A DNA stretch of 64,000 nt. Source: Candidatus Eiseniibacteriota bacterium (GTDB taxonomy: Bacteria; Eisenbacteria; RBG-16-71-46; JABDJR01; JAWXBZ01). Shown here piece after piece: positions 21,609 through 32,073 of the stretch (its first letter is position 1; every line of letters begins with the position of its first letter). The position numbers and the translations under genes were made by a program. The stretch spans positions 1 through 64,000 of the forward strand of contig JAWXBZ010000235.1 in NCBI GenBank assembly GCA_034440375.1, read 5' to 3'. The notes beneath the pieces were generated by a model. That model did no database searches and was not told the DNA's origin. It saw nothing but the letters and a program-made list of their open reading frames with translations.

Positions 21609-22064
21609 GTGATTGATGGCGTCATCCTGAAGCCTTTGAAAATAATCCCGGACGAACGGGGTTTTCTGATGGAAATCCTCCGCAAGGACGACCCCTTCTT
21701 TCAGGAGTTCGGACAGGTCTATCTCACGGTGGTCTATCCGGACGTGGTCAAGGGGTGGCACTACCACCGTCGGCAGACCGACCACTTCTGCGTCGTGAAG
21801 GGGATGTCCAAGGTCGTCCTGTACGACTCGCGCGAGGGGAGCCCGACAAAGGGAGAGGTCAACGAGTTCTTTCTCGGCGACAACAACCGCACGCTCCTGG
21901 TCATTCCGCCCCTGGTCCTGCATGGAATGAAGGGGGTCGGTACGGAACCCGCTTTCCTGATCAACACGCCCACGCACGCCTACGACTACAAGGAGCCGGA
22001 TGAATTCCGGGTCCACCCGCATGACAACGACATACCCTACGACTGGAGCCGGCACGATGGCTGA
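21609..22064 (+). CDS. rmlC: dTDP-4-dehydrorhamnose 3,5-epimerase family cupin (RmlC/SpsL-like)
   Basis: Motifs DERGF, KGWHYH, DSREGSPT and IPPLVLHG. Confidence 0.8.
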   Translation: MIDGVILKPLKIIPDERGFLMEILRKDDPFFQEFGQVYLTVVYPDVVKGWHYHRRQTDHFCVVKGMSKVVLYDSREGSPTKGEVNEFFLGDNNRTLLVIPPLVLHGMKGVGTEPAFLINTPTHAYDYKEPDEFRVHPHDNDIPYDWSRHDG

Positions 22065-22081
22065 CCTGGCGGGCCGCCTGC

Positions 22082-23128
22082 GTGACTGATCGCACGTCCG
22101 AATCCAGGAAACCGGTCTCCCTTTCCGGGGCCCATCTGCTCGTGACCGGCGCCGCCGGCTTCATCGGCTCGAACTTCGTCCAGCACCTGGCAGCCGGCCA
22201 CGATGACATCTCGATCACCGTACTCGACAAGCTGACTTACGCCGGCAACCCGGCCAACCTGGCGCCGCTCGAAGGGGTCAAGGGGTATCGCTTCGTCAAG
22301 GGGGACATCGCCGATCCCGCTGTGGTGGAGGACCTGGTGGCGGCGGCCGACTACGTCGTCAACTTCGCGGCCGAGTCCTTCGTCGACCGGTCCATCGAAG
22401 ACGCCCGTCCCTTTCTCAAGTCCAATGTCGAGGGGCCGCTGGTTTTGCTCGACGCGGCGCGGCGGCACGGCGTCACCCGTTTTCTCCAGGTGTCGACCGA
22501 TGAGGTATACGGCGAAGTTTTCGGTCCGTCGGCCACCGAGGAATTTCCGCTGAAGCCCCGGAATCCCTATGCGGCCAGCAAGGCCGGCGGCGATGCGCTC
22601 GTGTTCAGCTTCGGCGCCACGTACGACATGCCGATCGTGATCACGCGTTGCAGCAACAACTACGGGCCGTACCAGTATCCGGAAAAACTGATCCCGCTCT
22701 TCGTGACCAACGCGCTGGACGACAAGCCGCTGCCGGTGTACGGCAATGGCCGGAACACCCGCGACTGGATTCATGTGTCGGACCACTGCCGGGCTCTCGA
22801 GGCGGTGCTCCGGCACCCGGGCGCGGAGGGGGAAATTTATAACGTGGCCGCCGAGAATGAGCTGAACGTTCTCGAGATCACCGGGATGATTCTCGAGGCT
22901 CTCGGGAAGCCGAAATCACCGGTCGATCATGTGACGGATCGGCCGGGCCATGATCGGCGCTACGCCCTCGACGCGGCCAAGCTCCGGGCCGCGACGGGCT
23001 GGGAACCAAAGGTGGCGTTTCCGGACGGGTTGCACGCCACCGTGCAGTGGTACCTGGCCAACGAAGCCTGGTGGCGACCGATCAAGTCCGGCGAGTGGCG
23101 CGAGTACTACGCCGGGACGCAGGGGTGA
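22082..23128 (+). CDS. rmlB: dTDP-glucose 4,6-dehydratase
   Basis: Motifs TGAAGFIGSNF, DKLTYAGN, AAESFVDRSI, STDEVYG, YAASK and DRPGHDRRY. Confidence 0.95.
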   Translation: MTDRTSESRKPVSLSGAHLLVTGAAGFIGSNFVQHLAAGHDDISITVLDKLTYAGNPANLAPLEGVKGYRFVKGDIADPAVVEDLVAAADYVVNFAAESFVDRSIEDARPFLKSNVEGPLVLLDAARRHGVTRFLQVSTDEVYGEVFGPSATEEFPLKPRNPYAASKAGGDALVFSFGATYDMPIVITRCSNNYGPYQYPEKLIPLFVTNALDDKPLPVYGNGRNTRDWIHVSDHCRALEAVLRHPGAEGEIYNVAAENELNVLEITGMILEALGKPKSPVDHVTDRPGHDRRYALDAAKLRAATGWEPKVAFPDGLHATVQWYLANEAWWRPIKSGEWREYYAGTQG

Positions 23129-23147
23129 TCCGGCCTTACCTTTTCCC

Positions 23148-24248
23148 ATGAAGATTGACTGCGTTGTCGGCGCTCGTCCCAACTTCATGAAGATGGCCCC
23201 GATCATCAAGGCATTGAAGGCAACGCCGGGTCTTGAACCCCGGCTGATCCACACCGAACAGCACTACGATGCGGCCATGTCGAAAATTTTCTTCGACGAA
23301 CTCGGACTCCCGGTGCCTGACCTGTTTCTTGGCGTCGGCTCGGCCGGCCACAGCGAGCAGACGGCTCGCGTCATGGTCGAGTTCGACCGGGTGGTGGCGG
23401 CGAACTGTCCCGATTTCGTGCTGGTGGTCGGCGACGTCAACTCGACAATGGCCGCCGCGCTGGTGGCGGCGAAACGGCTGATTCCGATCGGCCATGTCGA
23501 GGCGGGCCTCCGATCGTTCGATCGAACCATGCCCGAGGAGATCAACCGCATTGTCACCGACGTCGTCTCCGATCTGCTTTTCACGACCAGCGAGGATGCC
23601 CACTTGAACCTGGCCAACGAGGGAATCGATGCGGCCAAAATCCGGTTCGTGGGGAATACGATGATCGACTCGCTCCTGCTCCACCGGGAACGGGCCCGCG
23701 CCACCTCGACGGCCCTTGAAACCTTTGGACTTAACCCGGGGCGCTACCTCCTGGTCACGCTTCACCGACCGGCCAACGTGGATGAGCCGGATGCCCTGTC
23801 GGGACTCCTTGGCGCGCTGGGGCGCCTGGCCGACGAACGACCGGTGCTGTTTCCGGTGCATCCGCGTACGCGCGCCCGCATCGAGGCGTTCGGCCTCGGC
23901 GCCGTCCTCGCCCGTCATCCGGGTCTCCGGCTGATCGACCCGCTCGGGTATCTCGACTTTCTTCGGCTCATGGAATCGGCCGAGCTGGTCCTGACCGATT
24001 CCGGCGGCATCCAGGAGGAGACCACCGTGCTGGGCGTTCCCTGTCTGACGCTTCGTCCCAATACGGAGCGACCGGTGACCATCACCGAAGGAACCAACAT
24101 TCTGGTCGGCACCGATCCGGCGCGGATCGTCGAGGAGGGGCTCCGTGTGCTGGCCGGCGAACGAAAGACGGGGCGGTCGCCACGCTACTGGGACGGTCAT
24201 GCCGCGGGGCGCATCGCACAGGCGCTGGCGGAATGGGGGCAAGCGTGA
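23148..24248 (+). CDS. wecB: UDP-N-acetylglucosamine 2-epimerase (non-hydrolysing)
   Basis: Motifs GARPNFMK, GDVNST, HVEAGLRS, PEEINR and TDSGGIQEE. Confidence 0.93.
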   Translation: MKIDCVVGARPNFMKMAPIIKALKATPGLEPRLIHTEQHYDAAMSKIFFDELGLPVPDLFLGVGSAGHSEQTARVMVEFDRVVAANCPDFVLVVGDVNSTMAAALVAAKRLIPIGHVEAGLRSFDRTMPEEINRIVTDVVSDLLFTTSEDAHLNLANEGIDAAKIRFVGNTMIDSLLLHRERARATSTALETFGLNPGRYLLVTLHRPANVDEPDALSGLLGALGRLADERPVLFPVHPRTRARIEAFGLGAVLARHPGLRLIDPLGYLDFLRLMESAELVLTDSGGIQEETTVLGVPCLTLRPNTERPVTITEGTNILVGTDPARIVEEGLRVLAGERKTGRSPRYWDGHAAGRIAQALAEWGQA

Positions 24249-25837
24249 GGAGGCCACCGCTCGCTCTTCTGCTGGTGCTGGCACTCGGTTTCCAGTTGTC
24301 CGGCTGGACTTCGGCACGCGCGCAGGCATTCGACGAAGCGCTCCTGCCGAGCACCGTGCGTGAGGCGCTCGGGGCAGAGGCCCTGGCGCTGCCCGACGTG
24401 CCGCCGCTCGCGCCTTCGCTGGGCGACGGGCCGATCGACGCCGCCACCTACCGGCTCGGACCGGGGGACGAACTGACAGTCCGGTATCGCGGTCGCACCA
24501 CCGCCACCCATCGGCTGCTGGTGAATCCGGAAGGGGATGTCTACCTGCCCGATGTCGGACGGATCGTACTGCTCGGCAAGACGCTCGAGGAGGGGCGCGT
24601 CCGCGTGGTGGCGGCCGCCCGGAAGATCCTCAACAATGTGGCAGTGGATGTCGACCTGACGCGCGTCCGCGCCTTCAAGGTGAGCGTGACCGGCCAGGTG
24701 GCCCGGCCCGGCGTCTACGCGGCCTCGGGTGCCACGCGCGTCTTCGAAGTGCTCCGGCTGGCCGGTGGCCTTCGCGATTCGGCGGCCATTCGTGACATCC
24801 GGCTGGTGGACAACCGGACTGGCGACTCGCGTTCGGTCGATCTCCTGCCGTTCCTCCTGAATGGCGGACCGCCGACATCGAATCCGTATCTCCCGGACGG
24901 CGCCACCGTCGTGGTGCCGCGGCGGGTGCGCATGGCCAGCCTGGCCGGAGCGCTGGTTCATTCCGGTGTTTTCGATCTGCCGGCCGCGGGGACCACGATC
25001 GGCCAGGCGATCGAACTCCTGGGTCTCGAACCGGATGCCGCGACCGACCGGCTGGAGCTGACGCGGCGGGGGAGCGACGGCCGGATCGAACGGAAATCCG
25101 GTTCGCTGTCCGAGCTGGGATCGATTTCTCTCGAACACGGTGATCATCTGAACATGCCCCGCTCGGGCAGTCGCCGGATGAACGACCTGGTCACTCTCGA
25201 GGGAGAGGTTGGATTTCCGGGCACGTACGCCCTGGAGTCCGACGCGATCACGCTGGCGGATCTCCTGGAACGCGCTGGTGGTGTGGCCCCCGGGGCGGTG
25301 AGGAGCCGCATCCTGCTCGCGCGCCCCGCGCTCTCGGATACGCTCACTCCGGATGCGCGGCGCCTGGCGCCGTTTCCCAACGTGCCGCTCAACATGACCG
25401 AGAAGGAGCAGATCCGCGCCCGCGGCCTTCACGGCTATCGTGCGGTCATCGTCGATCTGAGCGATCCGACGGACAAGGGGCCCTTCCTCGCGGCCGGCGA
25501 TCGGATCGTCGTCCCGCGGCGCGGCGCTTACGTGGAAGTGGCCGGACGCGTCCGGAGGCCCGGCTTTTACCCTTACCGGGCGGGTGCGTCGGCCGAATCC
25601 TACATCGCCTCGGCCGGTGGCTGGGCCGACCGGGCCGACAAGGGGCAGACGCGCATCGGGGCCGGGCCCGGCGACAACTTCCGCGTAACAGATGACGCCG
25701 GCCCGCCGGCCCCCGGAGATCAGATCTGGGTGCCCGAGCGCATTCCGCGGTCCAGCTGGGAAAACATTCGAGACGCGGTGGTGATCCTTGGCCAGCTGGC
25801 CACCGTCGTGCTGCTCATCGATCAGCTGAGCAACTAG
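24245..25837 (+). CDS. SLBB-domain polysaccharide export protein (Wza/KpsD-like)
   Basis: Signal peptide; YRLGPGD; repeated GQVARPG/GEVGFPG/GRVRRPG SLBB units; PGDQIWVP; terminal amphipathic helix. Start taken at the GTGA overlap with wecB. Confidence 0.88.
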   Translation: MRRPPLALLLVLALGFQLSGWTSARAQAFDEALLPSTVREALGAEALALPDVPPLAPSLGDGPIDAATYRLGPGDELTVRYRGRTTATHRLLVNPEGDVYLPDVGRIVLLGKTLEEGRVRVVAAARKILNNVAVDVDLTRVRAFKVSVTGQVARPGVYAASGATRVFEVLRLAGGLRDSAAIRDIRLVDNRTGDSRSVDLLPFLLNGGPPTSNPYLPDGATVVVPRRVRMASLAGALVHSGVFDLPAAGTTIGQAIELLGLEPDAATDRLELTRRGSDGRIERKSGSLSELGSISLEHGDHLNMPRSGSRRMNDLVTLEGEVGFPGTYALESDAITLADLLERAGGVAPGAVRSRILLARPALSDTLTPDARRLAPFPNVPLNMTEKEQIRARGLHGYRAVIVDLSDPTDKGPFLAAGDRIVVPRRGAYVEVAGRVRRPGFYPYRAGASAESYIASAGGWADRADKGQTRIGAGPGDNFRVTDDAGPPAPGDQIWVPERIPRSSWENIRDAVVILGQLATVVLLIDQLSN

Positions 25838-25840
25838 ATC

Positions 25841-27016
25841 ATGGCCCGCCGTCGTGTCCTGCACATCGTCACCCGCCTCGCCCTGGGAGGCGCTCAGAAG
25901 AGTGCGCTCGACACCGCCATTCGACTGTCGAAGTCCCAGTGGGAGGTGGAGGTGCTCGCCGGCCCGGATGTCGGCGAGGAGGGGGGATTACAGGAGGAGT
26001 TCACCGCCGCCGGGATCCCGGTTCACATCCTTCCGGGGCTGCACCGCGAGGAACATCGGGGCAACGATCTCTCCGCACTCTGGCGGCTGATCGGATTTCT
26101 AAGGCGGGGCCGCTACGACGTGGTTCACACGCACATGGCCAAGGCCGGTGTCATCGGACGACTGGCGGCCGGTTACGTGCACGTCCCGGCCGTGGTTCAT
26201 ACGGCTCACGGATGGCCGTGGCACAACTTCCTCGACAGGAAAACGAAGGATCGCTACGTCGGTTTCGAGCGGCGGGCGGCCGAGAAGAGCGGAAAGATCA
26301 TCGTCACCAGCGAACGCGATCGGGGGAAGGCGCTGGCCTGGAAGATCGCTCCGGTCGACCGGTTCGAGATGATCCGCACGGGAATCGATCTCGAACTGTT
26401 CGATCCGACCCGGTGGGACCGCGCGGCAGGGCGACAGGCACTCGGCATCGCTGACACGGCCCCGGTGGTCATCACGGTCGGCGCACTGACCGAACAGAAA
26501 AACCCGCTCGAAGCGCTGGAGGTGGTGGGGAGGACGCGCCATGCGTTTCCCGAACTCGTCTGGCTCGTGGTGGGGGATGGTCCGCTGCGCGCCGCCATGG
26601 AAGGGCGGGCCGAGGCGCTCGGGCTCGGAGAATCTGTCCGGTTCCTGTCGACTCGAAACGACGTGCCGGCGCTGCTCGCCGCAGCGGATGTCTTCCTGCT
26701 GACATCGAAATGGGAGGGGTTGCCACGCACGTTGATCGAGGCGATGGCGATGGGAAAATCCCCGGTGGTTACCCAGGTCGACGGCGTCCTCGATGTCATT
26801 GAGGACAACGTCACCGGCTATACGCGCGACCCGGGCGATGTGGATGAGCTGACCGCCATGGTCGTTCGCCTGTTTCGGGCGCCGAACCTGATCCGGGACA
26901 TGGCGGCCCAGAATCCCGTGTTCATTCGCAACCAGAAGTTTTCGGTGGAGCGAATGGTGACGCAGATCGAGGGGATCTATGATCGATTGTTGAGCGGATC
27001 CGGGTCGACGGGATGA
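25841..27016 (+). CDS. GT4 family glycosyltransferase
   Basis: Motifs GGAQ, HTHMAKAG, HTAHG and EGLPRTLIEAMA. Confidence 0.92.
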   Translation: MARRRVLHIVTRLALGGAQKSALDTAIRLSKSQWEVEVLAGPDVGEEGGLQEEFTAAGIPVHILPGLHREEHRGNDLSALWRLIGFLRRGRYDVVHTHMAKAGVIGRLAAGYVHVPAVVHTAHGWPWHNFLDRKTKDRYVGFERRAAEKSGKIIVTSERDRGKALAWKIAPVDRFEMIRTGIDLELFDPTRWDRAAGRQALGIADTAPVVITVGALTEQKNPLEALEVVGRTRHAFPELVWLVVGDGPLRAAMEGRAEALGLGESVRFLSTRNDVPALLAAADVFLLTSKWEGLPRTLIEAMAMGKSPVVTQVDGVLDVIEDNVTGYTRDPGDVDELTAMVVRLFRAPNLIRDMAAQNPVFIRNQKFSVERMVTQIEGIYDRLLSGSGSTG

Positions 27017-29334
27017 CAACGTCACGGATCATGGGATTCATGGCCGTTGTCGTCGTGGCGCTTCACTGGATCGGTGCCTTCCTGCCCGGTTCCAACACCT
27101 GGGGATTTCACCACTGGGCCTTTCTGCCGCGCCCACTGCTGTTTCTGATCGGCGGCCTGTCCATGCTTCTTCTCGTCCCGGCCGTGGCCAGGCTGGCGGC
27201 GGACGCCCTTGCCCCGATGGCCCGGGCGCTGGAGACCGGGCGACGCCCGATCGGTCTTCTGGCCGTGCTTTTCACGCTCTTCGCACTTGGATTCTGGTTT
27301 GGGCGACAGCGGCTCTTCCTGCTCTCCGACGGCGAATTGCTCATTCGCCTGGTGGCGCAGGGTCTTCCCAGCCTGGCTTTTACGGCCGACACGCTTGGCG
27401 CCCTGATTCAACTCTGGGTCAACGTATTCACCGTAGACATCCTCAAGATTGACTCCCAGACGGCGTCATTCCGCATTGTCTCGATGGTTTGCGGTCTCAT
27501 CTGGCTCGCGGCGATGTTTCGGACGGTCGGGCGGCTCATGCCCCACGGCTGGAGTCGCCTCCTGGCCGGGGGACTCCTCGCCACGGCCGGAATCACCCGA
27601 CTCTTCTACGGCTACGTCGAGACGGGCCCGCTTCTGGCGGCGGCCGTCGCCCTGTTCGTGCTGGCCGGCGTTCGACTCGTTCAGGACGGGCGGGGCGTGG
27701 CGGCGGCAACGTTCACCTTCCTGCTGGCTTCGGCCATGCATGTGACCGGGCTGCTTCTATTTCCGGCGTGGGCCTGGCTCCTCTGGCACTGGTCGCGGGA
27801 TGACTCAAGGCGGCGGCGTCTGGCTCTTGCCCTGCTCACGCTGCCGATCCTCATGTACGGGGCGATCTGGTCCGTGTTTGGCGGGAGTGCTCGCGCGGTG
27901 GGCGATCTTTATGCTCCCTACTTTGGCAAATTTCTGACGCTTCTCGGCCCCACCGACGGCAAGCGCGCCTACACGCTCCTTTCGCCGGCACGATGGACCG
28001 AGTTCCTGAACGAACAATTCCTCCTCGGTCCGTTTGCCCTCCTGGCTCTCGTCGGACTCTGGCTCGCGCTGCCGCGCCGCGAACGCCCGGCCGGTCCCGA
28101 GGTTCGATTCCTCCTGCTCCTGCTGGCGCCTTTTCTACTCCTCTCGATCCTGTTCAACCGGGAGCTGGGCGGCGCTCGTGATTGGGACCTCGTGGCCAAT
28201 CTGGCCGTGCCGGCCATCCTGCTGGTGGCCGTGACGCTGGCAAGAGCGCCCGCGCCGGACGGCGGGAGCCAGAGGGAGCGTCGCGATGCGGCTCCCGGTC
28301 CTTCGCCGGGCCTGGTCATCACGCTGCTTTCGGCTTCGCTGTTTCATCTCATCGGTTTCGTCCTGGTCGACGCCCGCCCGGATCGTTCGCTGGCGCACTT
28401 TCTGACCCTCTTCGAATCCGGCGCTCCGGTTTCACCCTTTGCGCGCTCCTACGCCCTGGAAGAGGTCGGACGTTACGAACTGGAACGAGGTCGAACCGAT
28501 GAGGCAATCCGCCATCTGGAGGATGCGGCGCGGGTCGATCCGGGTAACGTCAAGGCCGTTGGGACGCTGGGCAGCCTTTACAACAGCCGGGGCGATCTGG
28601 CACGGGCCATGCCGCACCTGGAACAGGCCGTCCGACTTCGCCCGGACATGGCGTTGAATCACTACAACCTCGGCGCTGCCCGGATGAGTGGCGGGCGTTC
28701 CACGGACGCCGCCCGGGCGTTCGAAGAGGCGCTTCGCCTCGACCCCAACCTCGAGCCGGCCTGGCTGGGCCTTGCCAACATGGCCCTGGCGCTGAAACTG
28801 ACCGCCATTGCCGACTCCGTGGCGCGGGAAGGGCAGGCTCGATTTCCTGCCAACGCGGACCTGATGGTCGTCCGGGCGGCCGTTCGGGAACAGGCGGGGC
28901 GGTTCGACGAGGCCATTCAAATTCTCGAAACCGCGCGCATCGCGGCTCCCGACAACCAGACCGTTCTTTACAATCTTGGAAGGCTGCGGAACGACCAGGG
29001 AAATTACCAGGCCGCCATTGGTTCGCTTTCGCGCCTCACGGCACTGGCACCGGACGATGCCGAGGCCTGGAACAACCTTGGCGTGGCTCAGCTGCAACTG
29101 CTTCAGTTCGACGCGGCCGGACAGGCGTTCGTCAACGCCATCAATGCCAACGCCGACCTGATTCCGGCCCATGTCAATCTGGCCGAGGCGCTCTTCCGGA
29201 TGGGACGACGCGAAGAGGCGCTCGGGACGCTCCAGGCTTTCATCGATCGCCGACCCGGGCTGGCAAAAGAGGCTGGAATGGATCGAATGATGGAGAACCT
29301 CCGCCAGCGTTCGCTGAACGACAGTGCCGACTGA
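27013..29334 (+). CDS. multi-pass membrane protein with C-terminal TPR array (GT-C/TMTC-like architecture)
   Basis: About 11-12 hydrophobic segments in the first ~450 aa with acidic loops (LSDGE, GYVET, RDWDL), followed by about 8 TPRs. Confidence 0.75.
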   Translation: MTTSRIMGFMAVVVVALHWIGAFLPGSNTWGFHHWAFLPRPLLFLIGGLSMLLLVPAVARLAADALAPMARALETGRRPIGLLAVLFTLFALGFWFGRQRLFLLSDGELLIRLVAQGLPSLAFTADTLGALIQLWVNVFTVDILKIDSQTASFRIVSMVCGLIWLAAMFRTVGRLMPHGWSRLLAGGLLATAGITRLFYGYVETGPLLAAAVALFVLAGVRLVQDGRGVAAATFTFLLASAMHVTGLLLFPAWAWLLWHWSRDDSRRRRLALALLTLPILMYGAIWSVFGGSARAVGDLYAPYFGKFLTLLGPTDGKRAYTLLSPARWTEFLNEQFLLGPFALLALVGLWLALPRRERPAGPEVRFLLLLLAPFLLLSILFNRELGGARDWDLVANLAVPAILLVAVTLARAPAPDGGSQRERRDAAPGPSPGLVITLLSASLFHLIGFVLVDARPDRSLAHFLTLFESGAPVSPFARSYALEEVGRYELERGRTDEAIRHLEDAARVDPGNVKAVGTLGSLYNSRGDLARAMPHLEQAVRLRPDMALNHYNLGAARMSGGRSTDAARAFEEALRLDPNLEPAWLGLANMALALKLTAIADSVAREGQARFPANADLMVVRAAVREQAGRFDEAIQILETARIAAPDNQTVLYNLGRLRNDQGNYQAAIGSLSRLTALAPDDAEAWNNLGVAQLQLLQFDAAGQAFVNAINANADLIPAHVNLAEALFRMGRREEALGTLQAFIDRRPGLAKEAGMDRMMENLRQRSLNDSAD

Positions 29335-29362
29335 ACCCGGGGCGGCTTTTTCGGCCCGATCC

Positions 29363-29391
29363 TTGACCCCGTAACGGCCGATTCCTACCAT
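29363..29391 (+). promoter_or_regulatory. sigma70 promoter of the M16 peptidase gene
   Basis: TTGACC-17 nt-TACCAT. Confidence 0.6.
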
Positions 29392-29464
29392 CACCCCGGA
29401 AATCACTCCCGCCCGGATGTGCCGGGCCTGATGCACCAACATGCCGAATGGATCCGGAGGCCGA

Positions 29465-32056
29465 ATGGCCGCGACGCTTGAAGACGTTCAGAAGCGAGTC
29501 CTGCCCAATGGCCTCACCATACTGGTGCGCGAGGACCACGCCTCGCCGGTGGTCGCGCTCAATTTCTGGGTGCACGTGGGATCGAACAACGAGAGCGGCG
29601 ACCTGATGGGTTGGGCCCACGGCATCGAGCACATGCTCTTCAAGGGAACCGGACTTCGCCCGCCCGGCGCCATCGCCCGCGAAATCAAGAATGCCGGCGG
29701 CGAGGTGAATGCCGCCACCGGCTACGAAACGACCAACTACTACATCGTGGTTCCACGGGAGGAATTCCGGACGGCCCTGGACATCCACGCCGATGTCCTC
29801 CGGAACTCGGTCTTTGACCCGCTCGAGCTGGAAAACGAAAGACAGGTCCTCATTGAGGAAAACCAGATGTACCGGGACCGCCCTTCCGGTTACGGACACA
29901 CCTGGGAGGAGCTGTTCCGGCTCGGCTTCACCCGCCATCGTTACCAGTCGCCGATCGGCGGCCCGGACCGAAATCTGCGCGAGACCCCGCGCGAGCGCAT
30001 CGTGGCCTACAAGGAGCGATATTACGTTCCGGCCAACATCGTCTACGTCATTACCGGTGATGTCGAGGCCGAGGTGGCCTTTGCGGCCGTGGAGTCGGTC
30101 CTCGGCGACTGGCCGGCCGTCCCGTTCGAGGCCGATGTCTCGCCGCCGGAGCCTCTGCAGACCCGTTTTCGATACAAGGAGATCGAGGGGGACGTCTCCA
30201 GGGTCTACGGCAAGATCGGATTTCACGTCTCGAGTGAACTGGCCGACGACCACGACGCGCTTCATGTCCTGTCGCATATCCTCGGCGTGGGCCGGTCGAG
30301 CCGCCTCTTCCGGGAAGTGCGGGAGAACCGGGGACTTGCCCACTCGATCAGTGTCCTGTCGGTTTCCGGCGTCGATCCGGGTTACCTGGTCATCGATTTT
30401 ACCGCGGACGCGCCGCGCGCCCTCGACGCCTTGACCGCCATCTTTCACGAGATCGGTCGGCTGATTCGCGAGCCGGTGGCAAAGGCGGAGCTGGTCAGAA
30501 CCCGCACCATGGTGGAGAGCGATTACGTTTTCGGCCTTGAAACAGTTGAGGGGCAAGCCTCCATCCTGGGGCACTACGCCACGCTCGGGCAGCTCGAGCG
30601 GGCCTTCGACTATCCCGATCGGGTCGGTCGGGTCACCAAAGACGATGTCCGCGAGGTGGCCACCCGCTACCTGGGCGTGGCAAAGGCGTCCGTGGTTCTA
30701 TATCGGCCAAGGGGCGAGGCGCTGGCCGAAGATGTGGACCGCCTGGAGGCCAGGCTGTCGGCGGCGGAATCGGGCGTATCCGGCGCCGCGCCGCCTCTGG
30801 CGGCGGTCATTCCGGGTGCGAAGTTCCGCGTCAGCCGCCATCTTCTCTCGAACGGTCTGACCGCCCTCATCGAGTCGATTCCAGGCCCGCCGATCGTGGC
30901 GGTCACGGTGCCGATGCGCTGCGGCAGCGGCGAGGAAAGCCGCGCGAACAACGGGGTGACCCACCTGATGCAGCAGCTCCGCCTGAAAGGGGCGGGGGGG
31001 CGTAATGCCGAAGCGCTGGCGTCGATCATCGAGTCGATGGGAGGGCACATCCGCCCCTTTGCCGGGCGCGACGTTTCCGGCGTGTCGATGTCGGTCCTTC
31101 GCTCGCGGCTGGACGACGCCCTGCCGATCCTGGTCGATGTGCTGCTGCATCCCGATTTCCCCCCCGAGGAGATCGAGCGGGAGCGATCCAAGACGATGGC
31201 CGACATGGCGGCCCTGCGCGATTCAAGCCTTCAGTTCACGATGCAGAGTTTCAACGAAACAATTTTCGCCGGCCATCCGTATGGCCTGGCTCTCCTTGGC
31301 AACGTCGAGTCCGTGCCTGCCATCACCCGGGACGACCTCCAGAGTTGGCATGAAACCCACGTCGCACCGGAGCGTATGGTCGTGGCCGTCGTGGGGGACA
31401 TCACCGAAACGGAGGCTCTTGATCGACTCGAGCGGTGGTTCGGCAAACTCGTCCCGGGAAAGCCGCTGGCGGAAGTCCCACTCGTGATGCCGGTGCTGCG
31501 CCCGAGCCGGACCGTGCTTGAGAAGGAGGTGGCTCAATCCGTCATCGTCCTTGGCAGCCCGGGCCCGGCCCACGACAGTCCGGAACGATTCGCGCTGGAT
31601 GTCCTGATGTCGGTGCTGTCCGGGATGGGCAATCGGCTCTTCGATGAACTCCGTGATCGCCAGCACCTCTGTTACTTCACCGGAGCCTTCGCCAGCTTGC
31701 TGGCCCGGGGCGGCGTGGTTGGCGCCTACATCGGCACCCGACCGGCCAACGAAAATCAGGCTATCGACGGGCTCATGGCGGAGCTGGAAAAGATCCGCCG
31801 CGAGCCACCGACGGAGGAAGAGATGCAGCGGGCCAAAAACACAATCGCCGGCGGTTACGTCATCGATCTGCAGCGGCGCGGCGCGCGGGCACAACTTCTG
31901 GCCCAGGCCGAAGTGTCCGGTCTTGGGCTGGAGGAGGCTCTGGGCTACCTCGATCGAATCCGCACCGTCAGCGCCAGGGACGTTTGCGATGTCGCCGCCC
32001 GGTGGTTCCAACTCGAGTCGACAACACTCACGATACTGAAACCAAAGGTTACCTGA
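29465..32056 (+). CDS. M16 (pitrilysin/PqqL-like) zinc peptidase, two fused halves
   Basis: HGIEHMLFKGT (HxxEH) in the first half and degenerate HLMQQ in the second. GGAGG RBS before ATG 29465. Confidence 0.92.
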   Translation: MAATLEDVQKRVLPNGLTILVREDHASPVVALNFWVHVGSNNESGDLMGWAHGIEHMLFKGTGLRPPGAIAREIKNAGGEVNAATGYETTNYYIVVPREEFRTALDIHADVLRNSVFDPLELENERQVLIEENQMYRDRPSGYGHTWEELFRLGFTRHRYQSPIGGPDRNLRETPRERIVAYKERYYVPANIVYVITGDVEAEVAFAAVESVLGDWPAVPFEADVSPPEPLQTRFRYKEIEGDVSRVYGKIGFHVSSELADDHDALHVLSHILGVGRSSRLFREVRENRGLAHSISVLSVSGVDPGYLVIDFTADAPRALDALTAIFHEIGRLIREPVAKAELVRTRTMVESDYVFGLETVEGQASILGHYATLGQLERAFDYPDRVGRVTKDDVREVATRYLGVAKASVVLYRPRGEALAEDVDRLEARLSAAESGVSGAAPPLAAVIPGAKFRVSRHLLSNGLTALIESIPGPPIVAVTVPMRCGSGEESRANNGVTHLMQQLRLKGAGGRNAEALASIIESMGGHIRPFAGRDVSGVSMSVLRSRLDDALPILVDVLLHPDFPPEEIERERSKTMADMAALRDSSLQFTMQSFNETIFAGHPYGLALLGNVESVPAITRDDLQSWHETHVAPERMVVAVVGDITETEALDRLERWFGKLVPGKPLAEVPLVMPVLRPSRTVLEKEVAQSVIVLGSPGPAHDSPERFALDVLMSVLSGMGNRLFDELRDRQHLCYFTGAFASLLARGGVVGAYIGTRPANENQAIDGLMAELEKIRREPPTEEEMQRAKNTIAGGYVIDLQRRGARAQLLAQAEVSGLGLEEALGYLDRIRTVSARDVCDVAARWFQLESTTLTILKPKVT

Positions 32057-32073
32057 ATCAAGGAGCCTGATTG

